A DNA stretch of 64,000 nt, from positions 29,768 through 93,767 of the forward strand of contig JAPLGM010000025.1 in the NCBI GenBank assembly GCA_026390165.1, in the 5' to 3' direction. Position numbers and translations under genes: made by a program. The notes below the pieces were generated by a model. The model ran no database searches and was not told where the DNA came from. It was given only the letters and a program-made list of their open reading frames with translations. The DNA comes from Campylobacterales bacterium (lineage in GTDB: Bacteria; Campylobacterota; Campylobacteria; Campylobacterales; Sulfurimonadaceae). Position 1 is the stretch's first letter; each line of letters begins with the position of its first letter. This document shows, in pieces, positions 38,109-47,857 of the stretch.

Positions 38109-40244
38109 CTATAAATATTTAACGAGGGAAAGTTGAGAGACTTTAGCAATACTTGAGAGCATCGCCTGATAATTAAGACTCAACTGCTGCATTCGTAAGG
38201 TTGCTTCAGCAACATCGGTATCAAGAACATCCGATTGTAACATTTTGGTACTGACAATAAGCAAGTCACTCCGATCACTTGACGCTTGCAAAACCTGAGA
38301 ATTGGTACCGGCTGTGGCTTGAAGACGGCTGACATGATTGGTTAAATTATCAAGCATTTGTATTGAATTTTGTATTCCTAAATTACGAGGATCGCCGCTA
38401 CCATTTCCATCAGGGTATGTTTTCCCTTCTTCTACTGATTTGATCATTTGTTCAATTTGGGCGAAAAAATTTGTTTTTGGATCACTGACACTAATGGAGT
38501 TATTAGCTTGAAAGGATAAGGCATTTCCCGTGATTAATGGAGGAAAAAAAGAACTGGAAGTTGTATCATATAAAGAGATATTTGCACTCGTTGTAGGGTG
38601 TGTCAAATCTTCAAACGAGAGTTTTCCATCCTGAGTCAATGAAACTTTCCCTTGAGAATTTGCATTTGCAATAGCACTATCATAATCTCCGGGATCATTG
38701 GGGACGATTGTGGTATCAACGGTTGGAAAAGAGTTTGTTGTAGCCATATTCACAACATCCATAAGCTGACGATAGGTTATTTGATCCGCGTTAGAGGGGA
38801 TACCTTCTCCTGCTTCTTTAACTCCTGCTTGAACCCCTAATGTATCATTAAAGGCTGATCCATAAATATTGTAGGTTTTAGTCGTAAGATTATCGGTAAA
38901 TGTTGAGGGTGTTCCTAATAAAATACTAACATCATAAGGTGCTCCATTGATGTTGGTTCCCTTCAATGCCATCACTCTTCCATTGACATTGCTCATCCCA
39001 GAAACATCCACAAGTTTCGTGGAATCAGTTGCATAAGTATTGGTTGAATTATTGATTTGGGATACATTAGAGAGCAGTTTCGCCCCCTCTTTTGCAAAAT
39101 TCAACTGATCATAGACCAAACCTTGTATAGCATCCGTTGGAGCGCTTGACGTGAGATTACTTTTTACAAACTCTTTTACATAGAGGGTATTAGATCCAGA
39201 GACAACATTGTTAAAATCAGTCGTTCCCGTTTGCAAGCTGGAGAGATCGGTTGTATCCGCCTTGTTTGTCCCGCTTGTTCCAAAATCAACAGCACCAACC
39301 ATGTGGAAATCAATTTTACTTGACCCTTTTATTTTATCGGTGATTTGGATTTGTCCTTGCGGACTTAAGGTCACATCAACTTGATTAGAGCCAAAGGCAT
39401 TACTTACTTTATTCAGTAAATCATTGACACTTTCATTCATTTTTAAATCAATTTTTTGTTTAAAAGTATCGCCATTACTCTGCGTCCCTTGAATATAAAA
39501 ATAGGATGTTTTTAACGGGTCATTGGTAGAGTCTGTATCGGTATCTCCCATTAAATCTCGAATGGTGCTTTGTGGTGTAATGTAAACCTGTTTTGCATCC
39601 GATCTTGATAGAGTAGCAGATGTCATAACGTCGGGATAGAGATCACTCATACTTAATTGTGGGATATTGGTTGTAATTGATTTCTGGATGTTATTTTCAT
39701 CCCCTAAAAATAATTGACTTCCCGAAATATTATATTTTTGTTGTATGCCAGAGCCTAAATAAGCATTAAGACTTTTATCATTTCCCTGATAAACACCATT
39801 AGCGTCAATTGGTTTTTGAGATGTGGCCGTTCCTGAAAAAAGATATTGCCCCGCAGAAGATGTATTCGCCAGAACCATTAAATTATTTTGAAGACCCCGT
39901 AACTCTTTTGCTATAGCTTGCTGACTCTCAACCGATTGCGTACCATTGGCTGCATTAACCATATCAACTTTCATAGACTGAAGAGTTTTAACCATATCAC
40001 CAATCGTTGTATCCGTTTGCGTCGATGTTTTATAGGCATTTTGGGCACTGTTTTTGGTTTGAGTTAAGGTGGTGATTTCATCATCAAGACGAAGTGTATT
40101 AACAAAAACACTTGGATCCTCATGCGCATATTGAATCTTTTGACCCGACGAAATTTGTTTATTAACATCAAAAAGCTGCTGATTGATCTTATTGTTTTCG
40201 CCATAAATATTATTATAGTACGATGCAGATGTAACTCTCATCAT
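38109..40244 (-). CDS. flgL: Flagellar hook-associated protein 3
   Basis: Flagellin-like termini (QISSGQKIQYAHEDP; YLFSG; DTDVAEATL...YQAML). 711 aa, Campylobacterota-type length. Confidence 0.92.
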   Translation of the reverse strand: MMRVTSASYYNNIYGENNKINQQLFDVNKQISSGQKIQYAHEDPSVFVNTLRLDDEITTLTQTKNSAQNAYKTSTQTDTTIGDMVKTLQSMKVDMVNAANGTQSVESQQAIAKELRGLQNNLMVLANTSSAGQYLFSGTATSQKPIDANGVYQGNDKSLNAYLGSGIQQKYNISGSQLFLGDENNIQKSITTNIPQLSMSDLYPDVMTSATLSRSDAKQVYITPQSTIRDLMGDTDTDSTNDPLKTSYFYIQGTQSNGDTFKQKIDLKMNESVNDLLNKVSNAFGSNQVDVTLSPQGQIQITDKIKGSSKIDFHMVGAVDFGTSGTNKADTTDLSSLQTGTTDFNNVVSGSNTLYVKEFVKSNLTSSAPTDAIQGLVYDQLNFAKEGAKLLSNVSQINNSTNTYATDSTKLVDVSGMSNVNGRVMALKGTNINGAPYDVSILLGTPSTFTDNLTTKTYNIYGSAFNDTLGVQAGVKEAGEGIPSNADQITYRQLMDVVNMATTNSFPTVDTTIVPNDPGDYDSAIANANSQGKVSLTQDGKLSFEDLTHPTTSANISLYDTTSSSFFPPLITGNALSFQANNSISVSDPKTNFFAQIEQMIKSVEEGKTYPDGNGSGDPRNLGIQNSIQMLDNLTNHVSRLQATAGTNSQVLQASSDRSDLLIVSTKMLQSDVLDTDVAEATLRMQQLSLNYQAMLSSIAKVSQLSLVKYL

Positions 40245-40274
40245 AACCCCTTTCTTCGCGAATTAATATATATT

Positions 40275-40291
40275 AAGCAATAAAAGTTCCA
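40275..40291 (-). promoter_or_regulatory. Canonical sigma54 promoter of flgL
   Basis: TGGAAC-TTTTA-TTGCTT (GG-N10-GC). The -12 C is 33 nt upstream of the ATG. Confidence 0.8.
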
Positions 40292-40336
40292 CATAGACTA
40301 AATCGACATAAGTACAAAAAAAATTAATGAAGCGTC

Positions 40337-40352
40337 TCGTACAAAAATTGCA
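40337..40352 (+). promoter_or_regulatory. Variant -24/-12 promoter of nifE
   Basis: TCGTAC-AAAAA-TTGCA, with C in place of the -25 G. The -12 C is 35 nt upstream of the GTG. Confidence 0.6.
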
Positions 40353-40385
40353 GTAACTTAGATACTTCATTCTTAGGAGTTTACG

Positions 40386-41744
40386 GTGGTAAGTCGTGCA
40401 AAAATTAAAGAGCTTATGAATGAGAGCGCTTGTTCTCATAGTAAAGACAAAAAACCAGGAGAAGGGTGCGATAAACCTAAACCTGGTCTTGCCGCAGGTG
40501 GATGTGCCTTTGATGGTGCTCAAATCTCCTTATTCCCCTACGCGGATGCTGTCCATTTAGTGCATGGTCCTCAAACGTGCCTTGGGGCATCGTGGGAAAC
40601 CCGTGAGACAAAAACGTCGTATACGGGACGTGATCATACACAAATGGGCTTTACGACGGGGATTACGACCAATGATGTTATCTTTGGCGGGGACAAACGA
40701 CTTTCTGATTCGATTGATTATGTGATGGAACACTACAAGCCTGAAGCGATTTTTGTCTATTCGACGTGTGTTACGGCATTGGTCGGGGATGATATTGATA
40801 TGACCTGTAAACTAGGGAGTCAAAAACATGGAGTCCCTGTCGTACCTGTCCATGCTGCCGGATTTGTCGGGAGCAAAAATCTTGGTTCCCGTCTAGCGGG
40901 AGAAGCGGTATTGGAACATTTGATCGGTACCAAAGAGCCTGAGTATACAACTCCTTATGATATTAATCTGATCGGTGATTATAACGTTACAGGAGATATG
41001 TGGCAGTATCTTCCCCTCTTTGAGAAGATCGGACTACGCGTGTTGAGTTCTATGAGCGGAGATGGTCGGGTCGGGGATATCCGTACGGCGCATCGCGCGA
41101 AGCTCAATGTCATTGTTTGCGCTAAATCGCTTATCACACTGACCCGTAAGATGCAGGAGCAATACGGTATCCCTTGGATATCCGTCTCATTTTATGGGAA
41201 GCGCGATACGACGTTCGCTATCCGTGAGATTGTGAACGCTTTGGGTGATCCGGAACTCATCGCACGTGCTGAAACGGTCATTGCCGAAGCCGAAGCCCAG
41301 CTGGAAACAGCACTGATCCCGTATCGTCAGTTATTTGCAGGAAAAAAAGCAGTACTCAATACCGGCGGCAATAAAGCGTGGTCGATTGCATCGGGTTTAC
41401 AAGATTTAGGGATTGAAGTCGTTGCAACGAGTATCGCAAAATCGACGCAGGATGACATCGACAAAGCGCGTGAGTATCTGGGTGAAAATGGCGTTTTGAT
41501 GAAGAAGCCCGCCTCTGAGCAGGGGAAAATTATCGACCAGACGGGAGCGCATATCCTCCTTGCAGGTGGACGAAGTCTCTATACGGCGATCAAGAAAAAA
41601 ATCTCCTTCATCGATGTCAATCAGGAGAAAAAAACGAGCTACGGCGGTTATGGCGGATTGCTCAATCTTGCCAAAGATTTGAAATACGCCTTTAAAAATC
41701 CGGTGTTTGCAAATGTTGGTAAACCTGCTCCGTGGGAGATATAG
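40386..41744 (+). CDS. nifE: Nitrogenase FeMo-cofactor scaffold NifE
   Basis: AAGGCAFDGAQ, HLVHGPQTC and YSTCVTALVGDD motifs. Confidence 0.95.
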   Translation: MVSRAKIKELMNESACSHSKDKKPGEGCDKPKPGLAAGGCAFDGAQISLFPYADAVHLVHGPQTCLGASWETRETKTSYTGRDHTQMGFTTGITTNDVIFGGDKRLSDSIDYVMEHYKPEAIFVYSTCVTALVGDDIDMTCKLGSQKHGVPVVPVHAAGFVGSKNLGSRLAGEAVLEHLIGTKEPEYTTPYDINLIGDYNVTGDMWQYLPLFEKIGLRVLSSMSGDGRVGDIRTAHRAKLNVIVCAKSLITLTRKMQEQYGIPWISVSFYGKRDTTFAIREIVNALGDPELIARAETVIAEAEAQLETALIPYRQLFAGKKAVLNTGGNKAWSIASGLQDLGIEVVATSIAKSTQDDIDKAREYLGENGVLMKKPASEQGKIIDQTGAHILLAGGRSLYTAIKKKISFIDVNQEKKTSYGGYGGLLNLAKDLKYAFKNPVFANVGKPAPWEI

Positions 41745-41792
41745 AGAGAAAGAATAGGGCATAATGTAATTTTTGATTACTAAGGAGATACG

Positions 41793-42626
41793 ATGAATCA
41801 AGAATTGCATTATATTCAAGCGTTTTATGATCAGACGATCGCATTTTTGACCAATTACAGTTTCCAAATTATTGGTGCTTTGATTGTTGTCCTACTCGGA
41901 TGGTTTCTTTCAAAATATGTTTTCACTCTCTTAATTAAACTTTTTACTGAGCATGATTTTGATGTGACCCTTGGGAAGTTTATTGCTAATATTGTGAGAA
42001 TACTAATATTTGGAGCAATGTTTGTCATAGCCATCGGAAAACTTGGTATATCTATTGCTCCCTTCATTGCGGCAATCGGGGCTGTTTTTCTGACTGCCGG
42101 TTTGGCATTGCAGGGGAGTGTCGCCAATTTTGCTGCCGGAATTTCACTCATTATTACCCGACCGTTCAAAATCGGCGATACGATTTCAGTCAATAAAATT
42201 TTTGGTGTTGTAGAAGAGATCAAACTCGCCTACACGACCCTGCGAACCGAAGATGAAGAGATCATCACTGTTCCTAATAAAAATATGATTGGCGAGGTGA
42301 TTGTTAACTCTTTTAACTATCGTATTGTGGAGTCGAGTGTCGGTATCTCCTACCATGATGATGCGGAAAAAGCGATTGCCCTTATCAAAAAGACAATTGA
42401 CGGTTTTGAGAATCTTTCCAATGAAAACAAATCTATTGTTGGAATACAAAAATTCGGTGATAATGCGGTTGAGATAGGGATGCGCTACTGGGTGCCTACG
42501 AGAAATTTTTTCAGGATTCAGTATGAAGTGAATATGGCGGTCTATAAAGCACTCAATGACGCAAAAATAACGATCCCTTATCCTCAGAGAGAGGTTCATG
42601 TGTATGGGCAAAATATCCTAAAATAA
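41793..42626 (+). CDS. mscS: Small-conductance mechanosensitive channel
   Basis: GLALQGSVANFAAG, RPFKIGD and IPYPQREVH motifs. Confidence 0.93.
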   Translation: MNQELHYIQAFYDQTIAFLTNYSFQIIGALIVVLLGWFLSKYVFTLLIKLFTEHDFDVTLGKFIANIVRILIFGAMFVIAIGKLGISIAPFIAAIGAVFLTAGLALQGSVANFAAGISLIITRPFKIGDTISVNKIFGVVEEIKLAYTTLRTEDEEIITVPNKNMIGEVIVNSFNYRIVESSVGISYHDDAEKAIALIKKTIDGFENLSNENKSIVGIQKFGDNAVEIGMRYWVPTRNFFRIQYEVNMAVYKALNDAKITIPYPQREVHVYGQNILK

Positions 42627-42651
42627 AGGATAAAGAACCCAACGGGCACCC

Positions 42652-43245
42652 TTATGCCGAAAAGTTTTTCGATAGGGTTTCTTGCAGTGCGTGTAGGGCA
42701 TTATCGAGGCTAAAATCCGATTTGTATACATCATGGACGGAGTAACTTTTTAACGGCGTGGCTCCGCAAAATTGAAATGTTTTGTGTAAAGCGACATTCG
42801 CCTGATCGACGCTCATCCCTTCAAAAAAACCATTAGGATTGTTAAACTCACTCGTCGGGCAGTTGTAGGTGAAGCTGAGCATATACTCTTTCCCCTGCAT
42901 CAATCCTCCACTGCCGTATTTTTTGGATTCATCGTCACGGCTTCGTCCGTCGCTGACGTAGGTAACGGTGTTGTTTCCGCTTGAGAAAACTTCATCGACG
43001 TATTTTTTTGCTAGCCACGGAAGCCCCATCCAGTAGACGGGTGATTGGACAAAAATCGTATCCGCCCATGTAAGCTTTTCAAGCTCTTCGACGACATTGT
43101 AGCCCTCATCAATTGCGGTTTCGCGCACTTCGTAGCCGTTTGCCGAAAAAAACTTTTTGGCTTCGTTGAGGAGATCATGCGTCAGATTGCCGTTGGCAAA
43201 TCCATCGTATTTTTGGTGGAGGTTGAGGAGGAGGACGTGTTTCAT
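42652..43245 (-). CDS. mdaB: NAD(P)H:quinone oxidoreductase MdaB
   Basis: QSPVYWMGLPW and DGRSR...KKYGSGG motifs. Confidence 0.88.
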   Translation of the reverse strand: MKHVLLLNLHQKYDGFANGNLTHDLLNEAKKFFSANGYEVRETAIDEGYNVVEELEKLTWADTIFVQSPVYWMGLPWLAKKYVDEVFSSGNNTVTYVSDGRSRDDESKKYGSGGLMQGKEYMLSFTYNCPTSEFNNPNGFFEGMSVDQANVALHKTFQFCGATPLKSYSVHDVYKSDFSLDNALHALQETLSKNFSA

Positions 43246-43387
43246 GGTATTTTTCCTAGGATAAAGTAATATGTAGATTGTACTAGGATAGGGTTAATGG
43301 GAGATTCATAAAAAGGCACATTGTTTAGGTATTGAAATCCCTAAACAAATCTGATATAATGGGAATTAATTACCATAAGGGGCGAAA

Positions 43388-44599
43388 ATGTTCTCAAAAC
43401 TCTTAATTGAATCGAAAAAATTTATCCTTCGCAATGATCTCTCCTATCAAAGATACTTTATCAAAGAAAATAAAATCAAGCATCGCCTCACCATCATAGT
43501 GGGGCAAAGAGGGATAGGAAAAACTACCACCATCGCGCAGTATATGAAACAACACGACGCACTAAAATCACTCTATGTCAGTATGGACAGCTTTTTGGTG
43601 GGTGAGCTGTCGATGTATGAAATAGCCGAACGCTTTGAGATGGAGGGGGGTAAACTGCTGTGTTTTGATGAGATACACAAATACCAAAATTGGTCGCAAG
43701 AGTTAAAATCGATTTATGATACTTTTCCCTCATTGCAAATTATAGCCTCTGGAAGCTCGGCTTTGGAGATCAACAAGGGGAGTCATGACTTAAGCCGAAG
43801 AGCCAACACGCTCAAAATGGTGGGAATGAGTCTGAGAGAGTATATGGAGCTAACGCTAGCGATAGAACTCCCAAAATACACCCTCCAAGAGATACTACAA
43901 AACCACGAAAATATTGCTTTTGATATCGTGAGTAAATTAGAGAAGATTGATAAAAAGATACTTCCACTCTTTCAGAGATATTGCAAAGTCGGGTACTATC
44001 CGTACAGTTTAAGTATTCAAGACGATGAAATATTTTTTGATATGCTGAACCAAAATATTAATGTATCCATTTCAAGCGATTTGCTTTTTGTCTATCCCAG
44101 TCTCGATGGAAACAGCATCAAAAAGCTTAAACTTCTACTGAATATAATTATGGAAAGTGTGCCGTTTGTCCCTGTGATCGAAAAGCTAAAAAATTCACTC
44201 GATATTGGCGATGGCAGAACGTTGAAGGATTATTTTATCAAACTCGAAGATGCGGGCATTTTGCACCTGCTAATGAAGGCATCGGGTAAAGGGCTTCGAA
44301 AACTGGAAAAACCCGAAAAAATATATCTCAATAATACAAATCTGCTTTCCATAATTACCCCAGAAATAGGGACAGTGCGAGAAACATTTTTTCTAAATGT
44401 TCTAAGTACCCTGCACACTGTCACCTATCCGCAAAAAGGAGATTTTTTGGTGGACAATAGGTACCTTTTTGAAATCGGTGGAAAAAATAAAGGCTTTACA
44501 CAGATAAAAGACATAGAAAATAGTTTTGTGGCGAGCGACGACATTGAGATTGGATATAAAAATAAAATTCCCCTCTGGATATTTGGATTTTTGTATTAA
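43388..44599 (+). CDS. AAA+ ATPase with DUF4143 domain
   Basis: GQRGIGKTT Walker A, FDEIH Walker B, ASGSS, KIYLNN and DFLVD...EIGGK motifs. Confidence 0.88.
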   Translation: MFSKLLIESKKFILRNDLSYQRYFIKENKIKHRLTIIVGQRGIGKTTTIAQYMKQHDALKSLYVSMDSFLVGELSMYEIAERFEMEGGKLLCFDEIHKYQNWSQELKSIYDTFPSLQIIASGSSALEINKGSHDLSRRANTLKMVGMSLREYMELTLAIELPKYTLQEILQNHENIAFDIVSKLEKIDKKILPLFQRYCKVGYYPYSLSIQDDEIFFDMLNQNINVSISSDLLFVYPSLDGNSIKKLKLLLNIIMESVPFVPVIEKLKNSLDIGDGRTLKDYFIKLEDAGILHLLMKASGKGLRKLEKPEKIYLNNTNLLSIITPEIGTVRETFFLNVLSTLHTVTYPQKGDFLVDNRYLFEIGGKNKGFTQIKDIENSFVASDDIEIGYKNKIPLWIFGFLY

Positions 44600-44710
44600 A
44601 TTCCAAGCCTTGAGGTGCTCTGGACAGGCTGAATCAATCCCCCTAAAAAGATTGATGTTATTCTTGCAAAAGTGGAATGACCCCCAAATACTAGATCCTC
44701 TTTTCTCCCC

Positions 44711-44726
44711 TCGCACAAATCTTGCA
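44711..44726 (+). promoter_or_regulatory. Variant -24/-12 promoter of nifN
   Basis: TCGCAC-AAATC-TTGCA. The -12 C is 28 nt upstream of the ATG. Near-identical to the nifE site. Confidence 0.62.
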
Positions 44727-44752
44727 ATACTCCTTATAATTAAGGAGTTGCC

Positions 44753-46051
44753 ATGGAATTCTCCCTCACGCACAAAGAACACAAACCGCTTCAAGTCAAT
44801 CCGATCAAACACTCTCAGCCGATGGGCTCAACCCTCGCATTTTTAGGAGTTAAGGGTTGTATGCCTCTCATGCACGGTGCGCAAGGGTGTGCGTCGTTTA
44901 CAAAGGTCTTTTTTACTCGTCATTTTAATGAACCGATTGCTGTACTCAATACGTCAGTGAGCGATATCACAGCGGTACTGGATGGGGGTGACTATTCGAT
45001 ATTGATGGCGATTGAAAATATTCAAAACAAAGAGAAAAATCTTAAACCCTCCATGATAGGCTTGCACACCACGGGTCTGACCGAGACTAAAGGGGATGAT
45101 GTACGCGGTGTGGGGACACACATCGAAATTCCCTACGTTTTTGTCAATACACCTGATTATGAGGGGGGGATGGAGAGCGGATGGGCACTTACGGTTACGG
45201 CTATGATTGAGCAGCTGACTGACTCTGCAACCGAGGTAAAGGCTAACAAACTCGTCCTTTTACCCCATCTGAGTATGCAACCCATTGAGGTTGAAAAGAT
45301 TAAATCTCTTTGTGAAGATTTTGGATTCGAGACCTACGCACTTCCTGATCTCTCTACCTCGCTGGACGGGTATTGGGAAGAGGCTCAGGGGAAGCTTGCC
45401 AATGGTGGGATAGGTGTTGATGAGATACGCGCTCTTGGTGATTGTGCCACGGTAGTTACTATTGGGCACTCGATGAAAAAATCGGCAGCTGCTTTGCAAA
45501 AAAAGAATCCTCTTATAAAACACCTCCATTTCGATCATCTGATGGGATTGGATGGGTGTGACAATTTTGTCGCCCAACTGATGAAAATCCGACATACACA
45601 GCCAGAACCTCTGATGAAGCGATGGCGTGCACGTTTGCAAGATGCAATGCTGGATTCTCATTTTTTGATCGGGAGTTCCCATTTTGTCATAACTGGTGAG
45701 CCGGATATGCTCACTGGAATGTGCGCGCTGATCCGCAGTGTTGGGGGAACCATTGATGCCGCGGTCTCTACGACCTTTAGCGATGCACTGCATACCATTG
45801 ATGCCGAAAAAGTGTTTGTCGGGGATTTAGAAGATGCCCGATTGTTTTTTGATGGGGCAGATATGGTTATCAGTAATTTTCATTCAGAACGAATCTTGCA
45901 TAGTTATCATAATACGGCACTTGTTATTCGAGGATTTCCTAATTATGAAGAGTTGGGGAACCAGCTCAAAAATGATCAGCTGTATGAAGGTAGCGCCTAT
46001 TTTTTATTTGAAATTGCCAACGCATTGAGAAAGGTCAAACATGAACACTAA
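44753..46051 (+). CDS. nifN: Nitrogenase FeMo-cofactor scaffold NifN
   Basis: NPIKHSQPMG, HGAQGC, RHFNEPI and TGLTETKGDD motifs. Confidence 0.95.
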   Translation: MEFSLTHKEHKPLQVNPIKHSQPMGSTLAFLGVKGCMPLMHGAQGCASFTKVFFTRHFNEPIAVLNTSVSDITAVLDGGDYSILMAIENIQNKEKNLKPSMIGLHTTGLTETKGDDVRGVGTHIEIPYVFVNTPDYEGGMESGWALTVTAMIEQLTDSATEVKANKLVLLPHLSMQPIEVEKIKSLCEDFGFETYALPDLSTSLDGYWEEAQGKLANGGIGVDEIRALGDCATVVTIGHSMKKSAAALQKKNPLIKHLHFDHLMGLDGCDNFVAQLMKIRHTQPEPLMKRWRARLQDAMLDSHFLIGSSHFVITGEPDMLTGMCALIRSVGGTIDAAVSTTFSDALHTIDAEKVFVGDLEDARLFFDGADMVISNFHSERILHSYHNTALVIRGFPNYEELGNQLKNDQLYEGSAYFLFEIANALRKVKHEH

Positions 46052-46493
46052 AATCAAAGTAGAGGGGAACGGTACGATGGAGAACGCTTTGCGAGTTGCT
46101 TTTGCGACCAAAGATATGGAAGAGGTTAATGCTCATTTTGGCGGAGCCAAAGAGTTTGTTGTTTATAACGTTTCGAAAGATGGTTATGAAGTTTCTGAAG
46201 TGATCAAAACCGATACGAATGATATAGAGGATGATGATAAAACCGAGTTTCGTGTTCGTGCCCTTAAAGGGGTAAATATTATGTACTGTGAGTCTATCGG
46301 TGGGACAGCAGCGGCAAAAGTGATTCGTGCCGGTATCCATCCGATGAAGGTGACTGAATCGACCGTGATCGCTGATATTTTGAAAAGTTTGGTCGCCATG
46401 ATTAATGGGAATCCTCCACCGTGGATAAAGCAGATTATTCAAATGAAAACCGAACACGATGTACGACAAGACAGATGGGCAGAGGGAGAATAA
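46041..46493 (+). CDS. nifX: Nitrogen fixation protein NifX
   Basis: RVAFAT...VNAHFGGA and IGGTAAAKVIRAGIHPMK motifs. Confidence 0.92.
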   Translation: MNTKIKVEGNGTMENALRVAFATKDMEEVNAHFGGAKEFVVYNVSKDGYEVSEVIKTDTNDIEDDDKTEFRVRALKGVNIMYCESIGGTAAAKVIRAGIHPMKVTESTVIADILKSLVAMINGNPPPWIKQIIQMKTEHDVRQDRWAEGE

Positions 46494-46498
46494 ATACA

Positions 46499-46954
46499 AT
46501 GGAAGCAGAAAAAAAAATAAGTGATTTCGGTATTGAAATCATTCGACAAATACGAGCACTCGATCAGTTTGGAAATTGGTCACGTATGAGTGATGAAGAA
46601 CTGCTTATCAAAAAGTATGTTAAAACCAAAGAGGAACTCAAAGCCGTTCCCGTCATTGCAGATATTGATGAGATGATGATTAATGACATCAAAATGATTT
46701 ATAAAGCAATAGCGTTATCCTTTGAGCGTAAAACGGGCGTTGTTTGCAATGTTATTATGGAAATGAGCCATGAGGGTTTTGGACGATGTGCGGTTATTAC
46801 GGATCGCATTTGTATTGTCGATAAGTATTTCAAAGATGCACACCGATTTAGTTTTCGTACCCTTGAAGCACTCTTCGAAGAAGGGGATAAAAATCTCTCT
46901 CGAGCACTCAGTATTTATGAACAATATCAACCGTGTAGTGGGCAAGGAGCATAA
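46499..46954 (+). CDS. NifX-associated protein (DUF269)
   Basis: RALDQFG, SHEGFGR and DAHRFSF motifs, located directly after nifX. Confidence 0.88.
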   Translation: MEAEKKISDFGIEIIRQIRALDQFGNWSRMSDEELLIKKYVKTKEELKAVPVIADIDEMMINDIKMIYKAIALSFERKTGVVCNVIMEMSHEGFGRCAVITDRICIVDKYFKDAHRFSFRTLEALFEEGDKNLSRALSIYEQYQPCSGQGA

Positions 46955-46956
46955 CA

Positions 46957-47472
46957 ATGGCAAAAATAGGTATTTTTTTCGGTAGTAGCAGTGGAGTGAC
47001 GCGAAAAGCAGCAGAGTTATTGGAAGAGCAATTTTCGGATGTTGAGCTCATCGATATGGAAGAAGATTATGATGATATTGAACAGTTTGATGCGTTCGAT
47101 ATTTTACTTATCGGTTCCTCTACATGGGGTCAAGGTGATGTGCAACGAGACTGGGTTGATCCTCTCTATGAACTGGACAATGAACACCCTGATTTTAGTG
47201 GTAAAAAAGTGGCATTCTTTGGGGCTGGGGATCAAAAAACCCATGGAGAACATTTTTTGAGTGCGTTGGGAAAAATGCACGATTTATTTGTCTCTCTTGG
47301 GGCAAAATCGTATGGATTTATACCCGTTAGCGGATATGAATACAAATTTTCTTTAGCCGAAAAAGAGGGAAAATTGTGTGGATTGGGTATCGATGATGTG
47401 AATCAAGACGATTTAACCCAAGAGAGAGTCATCGCGTGGGCAAACCAGCTCAAAAACGAGATGGGACTATAA
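46957..47472 (+). CDS. Long-chain flavodoxin (NifF-like)
   Basis: GSSSGVT, STWGQG, FGAGDQ and GLGIDDVNQ motifs. Confidence 0.92.
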   Translation: MAKIGIFFGSSSGVTRKAAELLEEQFSDVELIDMEEDYDDIEQFDAFDILLIGSSTWGQGDVQRDWVDPLYELDNEHPDFSGKKVAFFGAGDQKTHGEHFLSALGKMHDLFVSLGAKSYGFIPVSGYEYKFSLAEKEGKLCGLGIDDVNQDDLTQERVIAWANQLKNEMGL

Positions 47473-47482
47473 GGAGATTATT

Positions 47483-47857
47483 ATGGGTACGTTAGACGAA
47501 TTTCAAAAGATTACGGATACGGAAGAGTTTTTCGAGTTTTTTGATCTCTCTTACGATGAGCGATTAGTGAATTCAAAACGATTTCATATCATGAAAAAAT
47601 TTGGAGAGATGGCAGATAAAGCAAAAGAGCATGATATGGGAAGCGATGAAAAATTGCTTGAATATTATAAATTTGCCCTTATCAGTGTGTATAAAAATTT
47701 TGAGAATGGTTACAGTCCATCAGCAGCAGACGTATGGGATATGTTTGATAAACCTAGCGCGTGCGGTACGTGTTCAACCTCCACGAATTGTAATGATGTA
47801 GAGGAGGTCAGTAATGGAGTCCACGCCTGCGTCAGCACCCACACCGTCAGTTTCTGA
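47483..47857 (+). CDS. nifW: Nitrogenase-stabilising protein NifW with a Cys-rich tail
   Basis: EEFFEFFDLSYD...VNSKRFHIMKKF pattern. Confidence 0.85.
   Translation: MGTLDEFQKITDTEEFFEFFDLSYDERLVNSKRFHIMKKFGEMADKAKEHDMGSDEKLLEYYKFALISVYKNFENGYSPSAADVWDMFDKPSACGTCSTSTNCNDVEEVSNGVHACVSTHTVSF

Noticed and set aside
43388-44599. DUF4143 AAA ATPase as a defence system
   Set aside because: It is a single gene of a very common family with no partner nuclease or toxin visible.
44600-44640. GCTCTGGACAGGC as a remnant of the repeat family found at 11656
   Set aside because: The similarity is too short and there is no intact stem.
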